A stretch of DNA of 64,000 nt from Lingula anatina (taxonomy: Eukaryota > Animalia > Brachiopoda), in the NCBI GenBank assembly GCA_051362555.1, contig CM120640.1:32631967-32695966 (forward strand), written 5' to 3'. The notes beneath the pieces were generated by a model. That model did no database searches, had not been told where the DNA came from, and was given only the letters and a program-made list of their open reading frames with translations. Below, piece after piece: positions 21,701 through 34,100 of this stretch. The translations under genes and the position numbers were made by a program. How positions within the stretch are numbered: the stretch's first letter is position 1; each line of letters opens with the position of its first letter.

Positions 21701-24700
21701 TTACATTGTAACGAGAAACATAAATGCCAATATTTCATATTTTCATGGGTGTTTTTAGTGTTTTAAATCAGCACAAAGATTGAATAAGATGCATTAGTGA
21801 ATAATTAGATGCAGGAAAAAACTCACTATAGGTTTCTGGATGATATTAAAGAGTTACAATATCCTTAAGTATCTTTTGGTAAATATTCTACATAGTTTAT
21901 AGAGGGTGCCTGAAATGTTAATTCTAAATATAATTTTTAGTCAGACTTTTACCAACTAGATATTTATACCTCTTCTGTTTTACAGCTTAAATATGGTGTC
22001 TTTCCTGACAACTACTCTGGCAACATCCTTATGGACCATCTGATAAAACAAGAAAACTATGCAGGTATGGAACTGTTAATAATTCTTATTTGAATGAACA
22101 AAAATGAGTTCAAAAGATGTACAATAGTATGCAATAAATTTTACTTCTTTAATAAATGTTTGTGTAAGACAGTGCAGCTGCATCCATTTTAAGATGCATT
22201 AAACTGATATTTTCTTTACATTTTCCTCGTATTATCTAGATGCAGCAAAGGTAAGCTATGGGTTCATGCTACAGAATGAACTGGGTCATCCATCTACCAG
22301 ACTTATGTGTTTATACTCATGTGCCTTACATCTACAAAATGGTGCTGTAGTGAAGGTTGAACCACAGGAGGAGCAGGAGACTGTTTTAGAGGAAGAATCA
22401 CAAGCTACTAGTGAACTTATAGAAGAAGAAAAAGAAGTTGAATATAAATTGGTAGGTTATGCTCTGCAAGGTGAAGCACCATATATTTATATCATTTTGT
22501 AACTTACCATATATCAGTCTTTGGAAAAGAAGGCACAAATTAATCCAATAAGAAAGATAGGACACTTTTGGAAAATTGTTTTGCCAAAGCAAAACTGCAC
22601 TGATAAGTTATTGAGTCATTGAGCTGCAGACTGCATTGCATTTGAGGGCATTTATTTTTAAAATTATATTTGTAAGTTAAAAGGGGAGCCCCCACCCCAA
22701 TAATAATAATAATAATAATGGTGCATAAGAGATTATTTTAATACTTAATTTTCCTTTGCTTTTGTAAGCATTCAATCATGACATCAAATATTTTATTTCA
22801 TTTCCATTTTGGTGCCAATTAACTCCTCTCATTTCAGAGACCTGTACTTTATATCTCTCTGCCATACTATGATGATCACTTTGACATCCGAGATGATGTG
22901 CTTCTGCTGGGTAAAACCTTTCATGCCCTTGGACAGGTGTTGCCAGAGGAACAGAAGTTAATGAGCCAGAGCTGCAAGTTCTTAGGGCTAGGCCTATACC
23001 AAAAGTTTGAGAAAGGACTAGAGCTAGGGAGAAATATTCTAGAGTCAGATGACAAAAATGTTTTATCAAAAATGGCAGTAAGTGCTTTTGGAAAAATACA
23101 GTCCATCCATTGTGTGTCTATTTTAGACTTTTTTACAGAGCCAGTGAAGAATCTCGATATACGTATATTCATTATTTATAGGAATACAGAAGTATTTACT
23201 ACAGTGATTGTCACGTTGAAAATGTTATAACATGATGGTCGTGAAGAACCAAGAATAAGCTGTTTTTTATGGTGGAGAGAATACTTGAATGTACCAGTAA
23301 TTTATAGAAAACAGTTTGTGAATTTCTTGGTCAGAAAGAAAGTCTCATTTAAAAGTGTACCAATATGTCAGATGTATACATGGTTTAAAAGTTTAATGTA
23401 ATTTTTTCAATAGGTTGAGTTTTTCACCCAAAGTTTGGAGAATGCTCCTACACGGGAAGAAGAAGTGCCAGATATAGATCCAGGGCTGTTGAAAATGAAA
23501 CATGTAAAATACAAGTTGAGACTGACTGAAAAAATGAAGGAGGAGCGTTTGTCTGAGCTAAAGGTATGATATATAGCAATTTGTAAATTAGTCATCTAGT
23601 TGTATTTTACGTAAATGAAGTTATGAATCTTTTACTAGTCTTGGGTAGATTCCATAATGAGATTTAGAATAGCTTCAGCTGTGTGCTAGATAGACTGGCC
23701 AAAGCCTCGTGAGATGAAGATGCATTAGATTTTAGTAAAGTTTATTTATGTAAAGGTATAGTTTGAAGATACGACAGTGAGTTCACAATGTTGACTAGTT
23801 ATGTTGGTAGTATAGTTTTGTGTGAAGTTTTTTTACATTCCTCTTTATCAGATATTAAATGGATAGCCACATTTCTGCTGACATTGTATGTTATTACTAA
23901 GCTACAGGTGGCTAAAGAAAACTAGCTGGGTTAGGCTTCGTTCACATGCAATGTCTATTTTGTAAATTCTATTTTCTATTTTCGGTATGTCTTATGATCA
24001 CGCTCTGTGCCCTGAATATCCTGCGGCGTAATTACTGGCAGCGCGAGCCAGTTACTATAGGTTACTATAAGTAACTGGCTCGCGCTGCCAGTAATTACGC
24101 GGCGGGATATTCAGGGCACAGACTGTGATCATAAGACATACCGCGAATAGAAAATAGAATTTAGAAAATAGACATTGCATGTGAATGAAGCCTTATTTTC
24201 TGTTGTCTCTCACTTTTTTTGAAAATGACCGAGTAGATCAAGCCAAAGTGTTGAGTCCTTGACAAGTATTTTATTACTGTCATGGTAATTAATCTTTGGC
24301 ACATTAATGCCAGGCTAGCATTCTGTAAAACATCCTGATGCATTTAACTTGCTTGGAATTTGCTTGCTTCTGGTACATGTGAACATATGCATGTATGCCC
24401 ATGTGAAATACTTATTTTCATATTTATTATTTAAAATCAGCAGAGATGTTTTATTCCATTTCAGGATTTAACACAGAAGTTGTCCAATGAAGGAAAAATT
24501 GCTGAAGATGATTTATGCGAGGTGGCGAAATCATATGTTGAAAAGGAACTTCCACAATATGAGGAAAATGATATAAAAGCCCAAGAAGATTCATTTAGAA
24601 AATGGAGTGAGGACAGAGAAATATCTGTTGATAAACAGATTAAATATTACCTAAGGCTACAAAAACAGAAAGCCATTCATGTACAACTGAAGAAGTTGGA

Positions 24701-24854
24701 AATAAGAGAAAAAGAAATGGAATTTAGGCTTGATCCCAAACACTTTAAAAAGCTGACTAAAAAGCAGAGAAAGCTTGAAAGGTTGAAGGTGAAGGAGCGT
24801 GCCAGGGCAGTGGCCGAACGTAAGAAGAAGGAAGAGGCTGGATGGGAACTTTGA
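18700..24854 (+). CDS. MRPS27: Mitochondrial ribosomal protein S27 (mS27, PPR-like), about 10 exons
   Basis: Exons give MAASMCCRR.., [51 protein letters not shown] and YDDHFDI..LLLGKT, matching remembered mS27 motifs (YGIFPDNFTFNLLMD). Junctions are GT-AG. Confidence 0.9.
20099..21864. mobile_element. Non-autonomous Kolobok-like DNA transposon in an MRPS27 intron
   Basis: TTAA|GGATATTGTCAC ... GTTACAATATCC|TTAA (RR..YY ends, TTAA TSD). Contains an internal ~97-bp tandem duplication at 20307-20503. Confidence 0.82.
20543..21509. mobile_element. Nested non-autonomous TIR element with TAA TSD (PIF/Harbinger-like)
   Basis: 34-bp perfect TIR GGCCACACTTTTTTATTTTTATGGATGACATCCT; TAA on both sides; internal ~160-bp diverged tandem repeat. 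Confidence 0.88.
23934..24192. mobile_element. 259-bp near-perfect foldback MITE (Tourist/PIF-Harbinger-like, TTA TSD) in the last MRPS27 intron
   Basis: TTA|GGCTTCGTTCACATGCAATGTC ... GACATTGCATGTGAATGAAGCC|TTA; arms of ~120 bp. Confidence 0.93.
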
Positions 24855-25997
24855 TTTCTTGTGAAAATTTCATTTCAAATTTTTTCATGGACTCGTTTTT
24901 GGCATCCCCCCACTTTAATTATTTTTTTATTGCAGTGTCTTGTCAGTTTAACTTTTTTTTGTATCAATCAATTTTTAAGCAAAAATTATTGAAATGAAAT
25001 TAATAAACATGCGTGTAATATTATAATGAGTAAAAAGGAATTGTACTACGCAACCCTGCTTTGAGTCATCCTTTCACATATTGCATTTGATAACATATTT
25101 CTCATATCACACATTTACATAAACCAGTCAATTACCAGAAATAAAATAATATTTTGTAGTAAAAGATAAAAAGATCTCCCTTCTTTAAGGTGTACAATTT
25201 TACGTGGTTATTGTATTTGTGAAATAAATACCTTTGAATATACTGTATTAGACAAATTGGCATGTGTTCTTACCTGTGGATTAAATTTTTTTTACATTTG
25301 CATTCTAATTACTATTTCTAATCACCATTTAAAACGGGCCAAACAAAATGTTTTAGATAATTAATCAGCTGCAAGTCTTAGTAAACTGGTGGATGAAATT
25401 TGCTGCTTTGTAAGCATGATATTCAATGAGCATAACAGCTCAATGGGATTTTTTTGTTTTCTCTGGAGGGGGGGGGGGGGGGGGGGGGGAGATGTCAGAT
25501 CCACAGAATGGACAATTATAGAGCATAAAAACACCGCTTAGATTTTTCCTGGGTCAACTGTAAATTTCTCCCACTATCCAAACCAATACACTATGAAAAA
25601 AAAAGTGAAAAGGAAAAAATCCTTTTAAATTAACAAAGCCAGTGTGGATTTTCAGTAGCACATATAAACCACTTTTACTGTCATATATATTCAAATGAGA
25701 CTGCTGAGTGATATAGCACAGAAAGAAAGAAAATATCTGTACAAATATGTTTCAAGAAATATGAAATGTTGTCCTTTGGCATTTCTCTAAGGTATACTAT
25801 GTGAAACTATATGATGGCATTTGGTCAGGTTCTGTGGCAAAATTCTGGCTGTAAATGCATCTTTAATGGTGCTCCATAACCAACTTGGTAAATTATATCC
25901 GGATTCAATTGTGATATTCTGGTGAGAATTCCTTTATCCCAGTAACAAGTCATAGAAAAGATTGTTGAATCTATATATAAAAATCCAGAGGTGCACA

Positions 25998-28900
25998 TCA
26001 GTGTTTTTTCTTTTTCACCTCTATGTGTCTAACTAGTCCAGTGCCAATGTTTTTAAAATCCTCCAGAATCACATCGACATTTGTCTTGAGACTGACATCA
26101 CTGTTTTCTCCATCTGTGACTGGTGCTCGACAACTAATGTGAGACAGCTGAAACAAAAAGAAGCCGTCTTTGAAAAAACCCAGTTTTCATAAATACAAGC
26201 AGCAAATAAAATGGTCAAATATACATTGTATACATGTAAAATGTTCTACTATACATCCATTTAATTTAAAGGTGACAATGGTGCTACTGTGATGCACTTT
26301 GCCATATTTTCTGAACTGAATCTTGTAATGCATTAACAAAACTCTATAAAATTTCAGAGAAAATCTTCTGTATGGTGCCAGTTATGTCTGTAGATCTACA
26401 ATAAAATATTGACAGATTGGAGCTTCATAAAATATGTGCAATTCAGTATTCATTTCCTTCAATGTAAACGAAAACACTCAAATCACTTGCCTTAAATGGC
26501 TGGGTTTCAAAGAAGGCTGGCTTCCACAGCACAGCAATGAAATCCCCTCCAAGGCTGTCATGGAAGAACAGAGCAAATTCTGAGAAGGTCTCCTGAAATT
26601 TTATTTAGAAATGAAAGGTAAAATACCAAAATATTTCATTTGTATGAAAGTACAACGATGTTGAAAATTGTAATGCTTACTGCATATAGTTACTAACATC
26701 CTTACGTATAACTGAACTTATCCTTACATATAACAGATATATCCTAACATATCAAACTTACCCTCAATTCTTTGAGGTAGATCTGCACTGGGTCAAAGTT
26801 AACCACTGGCATGGTTTCTTCCTCTCCTCCTTTGCTGTATTCCTTATAGCTTGGAATGAAAGTCTTTGCAGTGGTGTCTACAGCATGATAATGTCTTGCC
26901 AGGTTCTTGGTATTCAGCTGGATAATAACATCGTAGGCATCCAAGGGTGGGCGAAATATTTGCTGAAAAAAATGTTAAATAGTGAAATAAAAAGAGTGTC
27001 AAATCCCATTCATGTGATTCATAAATGAGAGAGTGACTGTTCTGATTCATCGAAGAGAGTGATATCACATAAGAAAAAACGCAAAGGAGGACCAAGATTT
27101 AATCTCTCCCATATCTGGGATGAGGCCTTTACACAAATATCTAGTCATCTGACCAGTCACGTGACCGGCCTATCGGGTCACAAACACTCTTTTCCCAGTT
27201 GCAGATCAAATTGTTGTGTAATCATTATCAAAGTCCAGTTACTGTACCAGATTTACTTTTTCCTGTTATGATTCATAAACATCTACATCATCTAGTATTC
27301 GAACTTAATGCAAAATACAATTTAAAAAATCAATATATATATTCTTTTTGAAATTGAAGTTAGAAAAGCAAAAATGTCTCCAGAAATTTTACCTTGAAAT
27401 CAACTATTTGGTGAGTTTCCATCAGTTGTTCCTGCAGGACAGCGAGTGATTCTCTAGCTAGTAGCACTATTCTCTGCAGTATGGGCACAGTGGGCTTATG
27501 TTTAGTGAACATGCTGCTGTTTTTGTCATATGGGGTGGCTATGAACATCAAGGGAAGTGTGCTCCGCTCCTTGGTGAATTTTGTCCGAATTTCTGTGCAT
27601 TCTAGATCTGCATAAGATATGAAATATTTTATAAATGCTTTGAATATACAAATGGTGAAATTGAAAATACAAATGGTGACAGCTTTATAAAATAACTAAA
27701 TTTGTTGCCTTTCAATCATGATTTTGGCCATCACATCACATGCGAACCCAATATTTACTTACTGGTTAATTCATTGTTGAGGTTCACTATTAGAGGAGAC
27801 AGGGACCAGTCATGGTTTGATAGGAGATGGAGAAAACGCATAAGGCCAGAGGCCACTGAGCTACAGTAAAGAGAAAATAATGATTAATAACAGATTGGTT
27901 GCAATATCATTTCATAGCCTGAAATTGTATGGTTTCAATATTTCTGCATATTAAAATATCCTAAATTATTACGTGAATACTGATGTCTTTTGAAACAATG
28001 GTATTTGTTCTGTTATTCAATTTATGTTAGCTTAAATGAAAACAAACTTGTGCAATTTTGAAAAATATGAAAAAAAAATAAATAAATAAATAAATTTAAT
28101 GATATTTGTTTGTTTCAATACCTGGGTGGTGTGAAAGGGGCCGGGCACAGGTACAAATAGGCTACTAGTAGTTCTATAGCCTCCTCTGCTATATGGTCCC
28201 CTAACAGCTGAGCACACACCCATCTCTTGGCCAGTCTCACTACACTGCTGAGGGCATGGTGCTGCTGTTGTAAACTGGAGAAACAAATAACAGAAATGAC
28301 CGAGTAAAATATATAGTATAACTGAGCAAATTTCAAAGTTGATTTAATTGGTTACGTATCACTGACCCTAAATAAACTTATTAATTGCACCGCTAACCTA
28401 AATGAATGCAAAAATGTTTATTGGAAAATGGGACATATCATAAGACCCTAAACTCAATAAACAACATGATAAAATGGTTGTTTTGCATCATTTTTGCCAA
28501 CATTTTTTTTAAAAACATACCCATGCATTGCAGTGCTAAACTTAGGGAGTGTAACAAGCTCCTTTTCCATGGCTAATGATTCTTCAGTTTCTCTCATTGT
28601 AACTAGTCCCTCTGTTGTCTTCTTCATTTTCAACATGGCAATTTCTTTTAGGTAACCAAGGGTGATTCTGAACACAAAGCCATCCTAAAACAAACAGCAA
28701 TAAAACTATTTTGTTATTTTTTGATACATGTAAGTTTCCATTACGTAAAAATTGGCATGAAAATATCATTACTAGAAGTATTCATCTAAACTTGTTTTCT
28801 GTAAAGCTGCACTTACCTTGAAAACATCCACATGGTCAACATTAGCACAGCTAGTCATGGAATGCTGTTTCTTTAGCAGGTTTGCCAACTGAATGTGAAA

Positions 28901-31082
28901 AGCTGCCTTGAGCCTCCTGATTGCCTCAGCATCCTCTGGCCATTTCCCACTGGCCTCTAACAGACAGACCACTGAAATTAACAATTCAGCAAAGCTGTCA
29001 AATGTACAGACAAAAAGCAGGAAATAACAAAAAAGGCTACTGTCAATTCTGATGCAAAAGTACATTATGTTAAACTGCAAATTCAACATCAAATTTTAAT
29101 TATGCTCAACAGGTAATACCAACGTAAGTTAAATGTGTAACAAGCATAAGGCTTCAGGCCCATGGGAGTTCAAGTTCACACTTTGAAAATGTATAACTTC
29201 CAGAAAAAGAAGCCAATTAGACTGCTTTTCCAACTCAGGCTGCATGTCGATTTTTGAACTTGACCTGCGTTTTAGTAAGATCGATTACTCCTGAGAGTTT
29301 CATGACAACAGGCCTATCGGTTTTCCTTGAAATGTGTTTACAGTGTTGCATATATGTTGAAAAGTGAAAAAAAAAGCATAACTTCTACAATAATGGCCCG
29401 ATCATCCTGATATTCGAACTTGACCTGCATTTTATGAAAATTCATCAGCTCTATAAATATAAAGCCGAAAAGTAAAACTGCCTTCCACTTATCATGTTTA
29501 CAATGAAAGTGCAAGGCGCCGGCGTCGGCGATGATGACGACGACAGACGCAGGTGATGGCAATATGTACAGACACATTTATATATATTTACTGTACTGTT
29601 TGAGAACAGTAATTGACATGGTTTTTCTTAAATGGTCACAATGGGAGCAGTGCCCAAATTAGGTTTTTTTCAAATTTTGATGCAACATTACATAATTTTT
29701 AACAGCATAATAACCATCAATTTTTAATAATAAAATATTAGTATCATGGATATTCAGAAAATGTGACTAGCAAAGGTCTTCAGGCCCATGGAACTTCAAA
29801 GTCACAACTTGAAAATGCCAAAATGTAAACAAGACAGCACTGTTCTGAAATGGGTTTATTTCCATTTTTAACAATTTTTAACATAAAACAAAATTAACAG
29901 TTTACTGCCATTTTTATATGACCAACTAAGAAAATTGATGAGATGGGAAAAATATCAATAGAGCAGTGTTAAATGTCCAATTTCTTCCATTCTGAGATTC
30001 TGAACATAGTGAATGATTCAGTCTGACAAACTGCAATGATATGAGTTTATTTCCATTTTTGAAACTTTATTACACAATATACAATAACAAGTTTAACATA
30101 ATTTTTACAAAATCAACTAACAATGTTGTAAAGATGCAGGAAATGTCAAAAAAACACTTTTACATATCTTATTAATTAAATAATGAAACTGTTAACATGC
30201 CTAAGAATTGAATCTAAGGAAATGTAAAAAACAGCATAACTTCTAAAATAATGGCCCGATTATGCTGATTTTTGAACTTAACCTGCATTTTAGCAGGAAT
30301 GACCACTCCTGTGAGTTTAATGACAATTTGCCTATCTGTTTTTCTTATATTGTGTTAACAGTGTTGCATATATGCTGAAAAGTGAAAAAACAGCATAACT
30401 TCTACAATAATGGCCCGATCATGCTGATTTTCGAACTTGACCTGCATTTTATGAAAATTCATCAGCTCTGTAAATATAAAGCCAAAAAGTAAAACTGTCT
30501 GCCACTTATCGTGTTTACAAGGAAAGTGCACGGCGACGATGGCGACGGCGACGACAGACGCAGGTGATGGCAATATGTACAGACACATCTGTGTCTGTAC
30601 ATAAAAATGAACAATGCTCAAAATGTCATGTTAATGGATTTGAAGGAATTTCATTTAGATCATAAAATCATGAGAAAGTTGTGTTGTTCCCACTGCCAAT
30701 CGAACCAGTTCCCTCTGCACTCCTCTACATCTTTTACAATTGATCTTATCTACATCTGATACAATTTTGATCAAAAGGAAATCTATAACATGAATTACCT
30801 TTCATCGATTTCACCCAAGGAGGACAGGGTTTGTCTGGCAGAGGTAGTTGTCTGCCACCCACTACTTTAATTGCTGCCTTGAATGTAGCTGGCATTGCTG
30901 GAAATACCTGAGGAATACATTTATCTATTAATAATATACTCAAGACTAGTCATGCAGATAAAATGCCTCTAGTTTCTTTGTAAGAACCACAGGACTTAGT
31001 TTTGATATACTAATTTCAACTATTACTGTCTGTAGCTCTTCTCCCTCTCTCATCTTAAATAAAAATAGAATAAAAAGAGATG

Positions 31083-31136
<54 letters not shown>

Positions 31137-34100
31137 GCCTTAATAGTTAGCTTACATCAGCATATCTGAACACAGGATCGGTTCCCTGAATGGTATGTAT
31201 AGCAAGAGGCAAGTCCTGTAGGTTCCTCAGGACCTTACAAAGGTGATCATAGCTTCTGGTGACATTATAATGCTGCTCTTCTCCCGTGCCATATAACAGG
31301 GTGGATTTATTTGTAGGTTGTGGGAGACATAATAAAGAATTCAGCTGACCACATGTATAGTGTATAGTGTCACGTGGGATCTCAGCATGTCTAGAAAAAA
31401 TGAAAGTTGTATCAATGTACCAAAGCTTGCAGTTCTGAGTAAACATCAAATTCAATCCTGCATCTTTCTAAGAGATATAAATTAGAAAAATGACTCTCTC
31501 TCTCATTTGTTTATTTTCAAACAGGTAAACCTCAAGTTTCTATTGCATTTCTTTGTGACAGTTAAAGAACATTGTATCATTTACAACAGAACAATACCAA
31601 GGAAAAAAATCAAAGACATCTTTTTTATTACATATGTATGTACCTTCCCTTACCTGACCAAAATGTGTTTCATAATTTTACCACACACAAGTCTTCTATC
31701 TGCCAAAGTTTTGCTGGACCACACAACTGCCTCGCAGATTGTGCCATCTTGAAATCGTCTCAGCTCTGAAATATCTCCCCAGAATTCTCTGAATGACTTT
31801 GCCTAAATGAAGCAAAAAAACTGACTATACAAAAAAAGTTAAGATAGAAGTCCCTTCTCCTTTACACATTTCACTGATTTACATCATGAGTAATTTATGA
31901 ATAATTTGACCAGAGTATTTGGGATATAACACTAAAAGATTGCAAAACAATCTAAACTAAATATAACTTCCAATAACTACTTTAAGAAATGAACAATTAA
32001 AATTTTTCATATTAATTGCTACAGGTAAGTGTCTAAGTTTAGAATTTTGATATTACTATGAAGGCAGAGATAATTTCTACGAAAAAACTGCTGGTTAATA
32101 CTACCTCTGGACTGTCTGCAGCAGGTCCTTTGTCTAGAATGGTGGTGCATGACTCAGCATTAAATAGCAATCCAAATGTGAGTGACGGCTGGTCTGACCA
32201 TGATGGTGGAGGTTCACTGATAGACCACTACAGGAGCAGACAATAAATTATTAGGACATTAATTACAGAGTATATTATTATTATTAGTAGTAGTATTGTT
32301 ATTATTATGGGGTCCAGGAAAATGAAAAAAATACATTGGGTTTTTTCTTTGCCTTGTCAAAACAAAGCAGATTGCAGTTGTTAGGGCAGTGTCGACAATT
32401 CTCATAGTCCCACACCAAAGTTCAACAACCAAAGGTTTATTTCAACAACGTCCATACGTAAGCAACATTTTTTCCCTAAAATAAATTAAAATATCTTAAA
32501 AACAAATATTGAGCGGAAACTCTCTTCCATCCATCAAAATAAGATTTACACAGTAGCCATACCTGACTGGCTTGTGCAGGTTTCTGAGTCACCAGATCCA
32601 CCCTCTTGCCAAAAGCTTTCTCCAGTAACTGCAGCAAACTGGGCAGACACGCTGACACATAGTCCCCACCATGATCTAACAGCTGGTCCTCAAGACAGAA
32701 ACTTGCTACTGTTTTCTTTAGATTTTCTACATGTGTCAAACTGGAAATAAGTTATACTATCAGAGTGGATTTAAGAAAAAAATGATAAAACTGATATATC
32801 TCCTTTATTTTTGAATTTACAGTCATTTTACTTGTCACATAATAACACATGTGACACTTCGTTAGTTTTTGCCCAGAACGTCATTTTACGGACACTAATG
32901 CTGGATACATCTCTTTTGGAACTTACTGAAATAAGTTGTCAAATTTCCTGATGAAAGGTGCCGGTGTCATGAAAAGGACCTCAAAGCTGTCAACAGCACC
33001 GTTTTCAAGAACTTGTATGGCCAGACCGGCCTCATGTTTCACCTAAAATATCATGATGATGTCAGTGTATCATTTGAAGCATAGTTGAAAAACCTACGTA
33101 AAGGTGAACTAAAGATATACAGTAAAGAACATGCTTTTTAACAAGAATAAAATGGGGGGATATGGTATCAAACACCTTTACCTTAAAAACAATACAAATA
33201 ATATTTACTCTATTAAACATCTGTCTGCTCATTTCTGCAGTGATATTTATGTAGCCTGTGGGGTCTACAAATACTACTTCAAAGGACTCGTGGAAGTTGG
33301 CCAAGTGAGGTCGCTTGGGGTCATCTACACCACATACATCGGCTATACTGATTCCTTCCTTACACCAATCTGATTGTGCTGGAATAACATAATAATGGTT
33401 ATTACTGCATGTCTTTACTGTTTAATAGCAATCTTCATTTATTGATATTTTTTTAATACAACCATAAGCAGTTTCATTCAAAAACCCACAATCTCACTTT
33501 ACTTAATGTTCTCTAAAACATTTTACCAGTGGTACATAAATATTAATATTGTTCATAAGTGCTTACCAAGACAGAGAAGTGTGTTTCTCATGATTTGATA
33601 GCTACTCATTGCAACATTTAATTTTCTCTTCTTCAGTAAATATCCAACATACATGGACATAGTAAATGGAGTGAAGCAGCCCTGGCCCTGTTATTCAGAG
33701 AAAAGAAAATAACAAAATTAGGGTTGGCAACATATACCATGCATGTTTCAATACAAAGAAGAAAGGTTCGCTTGTCACTTCTCTCTCTCTCTCTTTTGTG
33801 AAAATATCTTTTTAACATTTTTCATTCAAACTGCAACATAGGACATCCAAATACTTATTTTACTTCCACTGCAATAAAATCATTCTATAATTTCTGTTCA
33901 AAGCACTTAATCCAAACCAACCTGATCTAACTCTCTCTGATGTAGCCAAACTCTAAGTAGTGCAATCCCTTCCTTCACACCTACAGAGTCCTCTATGACT
34001 TTATGTAGGAAATGGAGATGTTTTTCCAGAGCCAAATCAATCAACACTGACGTATTGTAGTGGGGAGTAGCAGGCTGGCCAGATTCTTAAAGCATACACC

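Noticed and set aside
29140-30620. Repeated units as a CRISPR-like array, or ORFs MCLYILPSPASVV as a gene pair
   Set aside because: The context is a eukaryotic intron, the units are long and diverged with no unique spacers, and no cas genes are present. The ORFs derive from the repeat.
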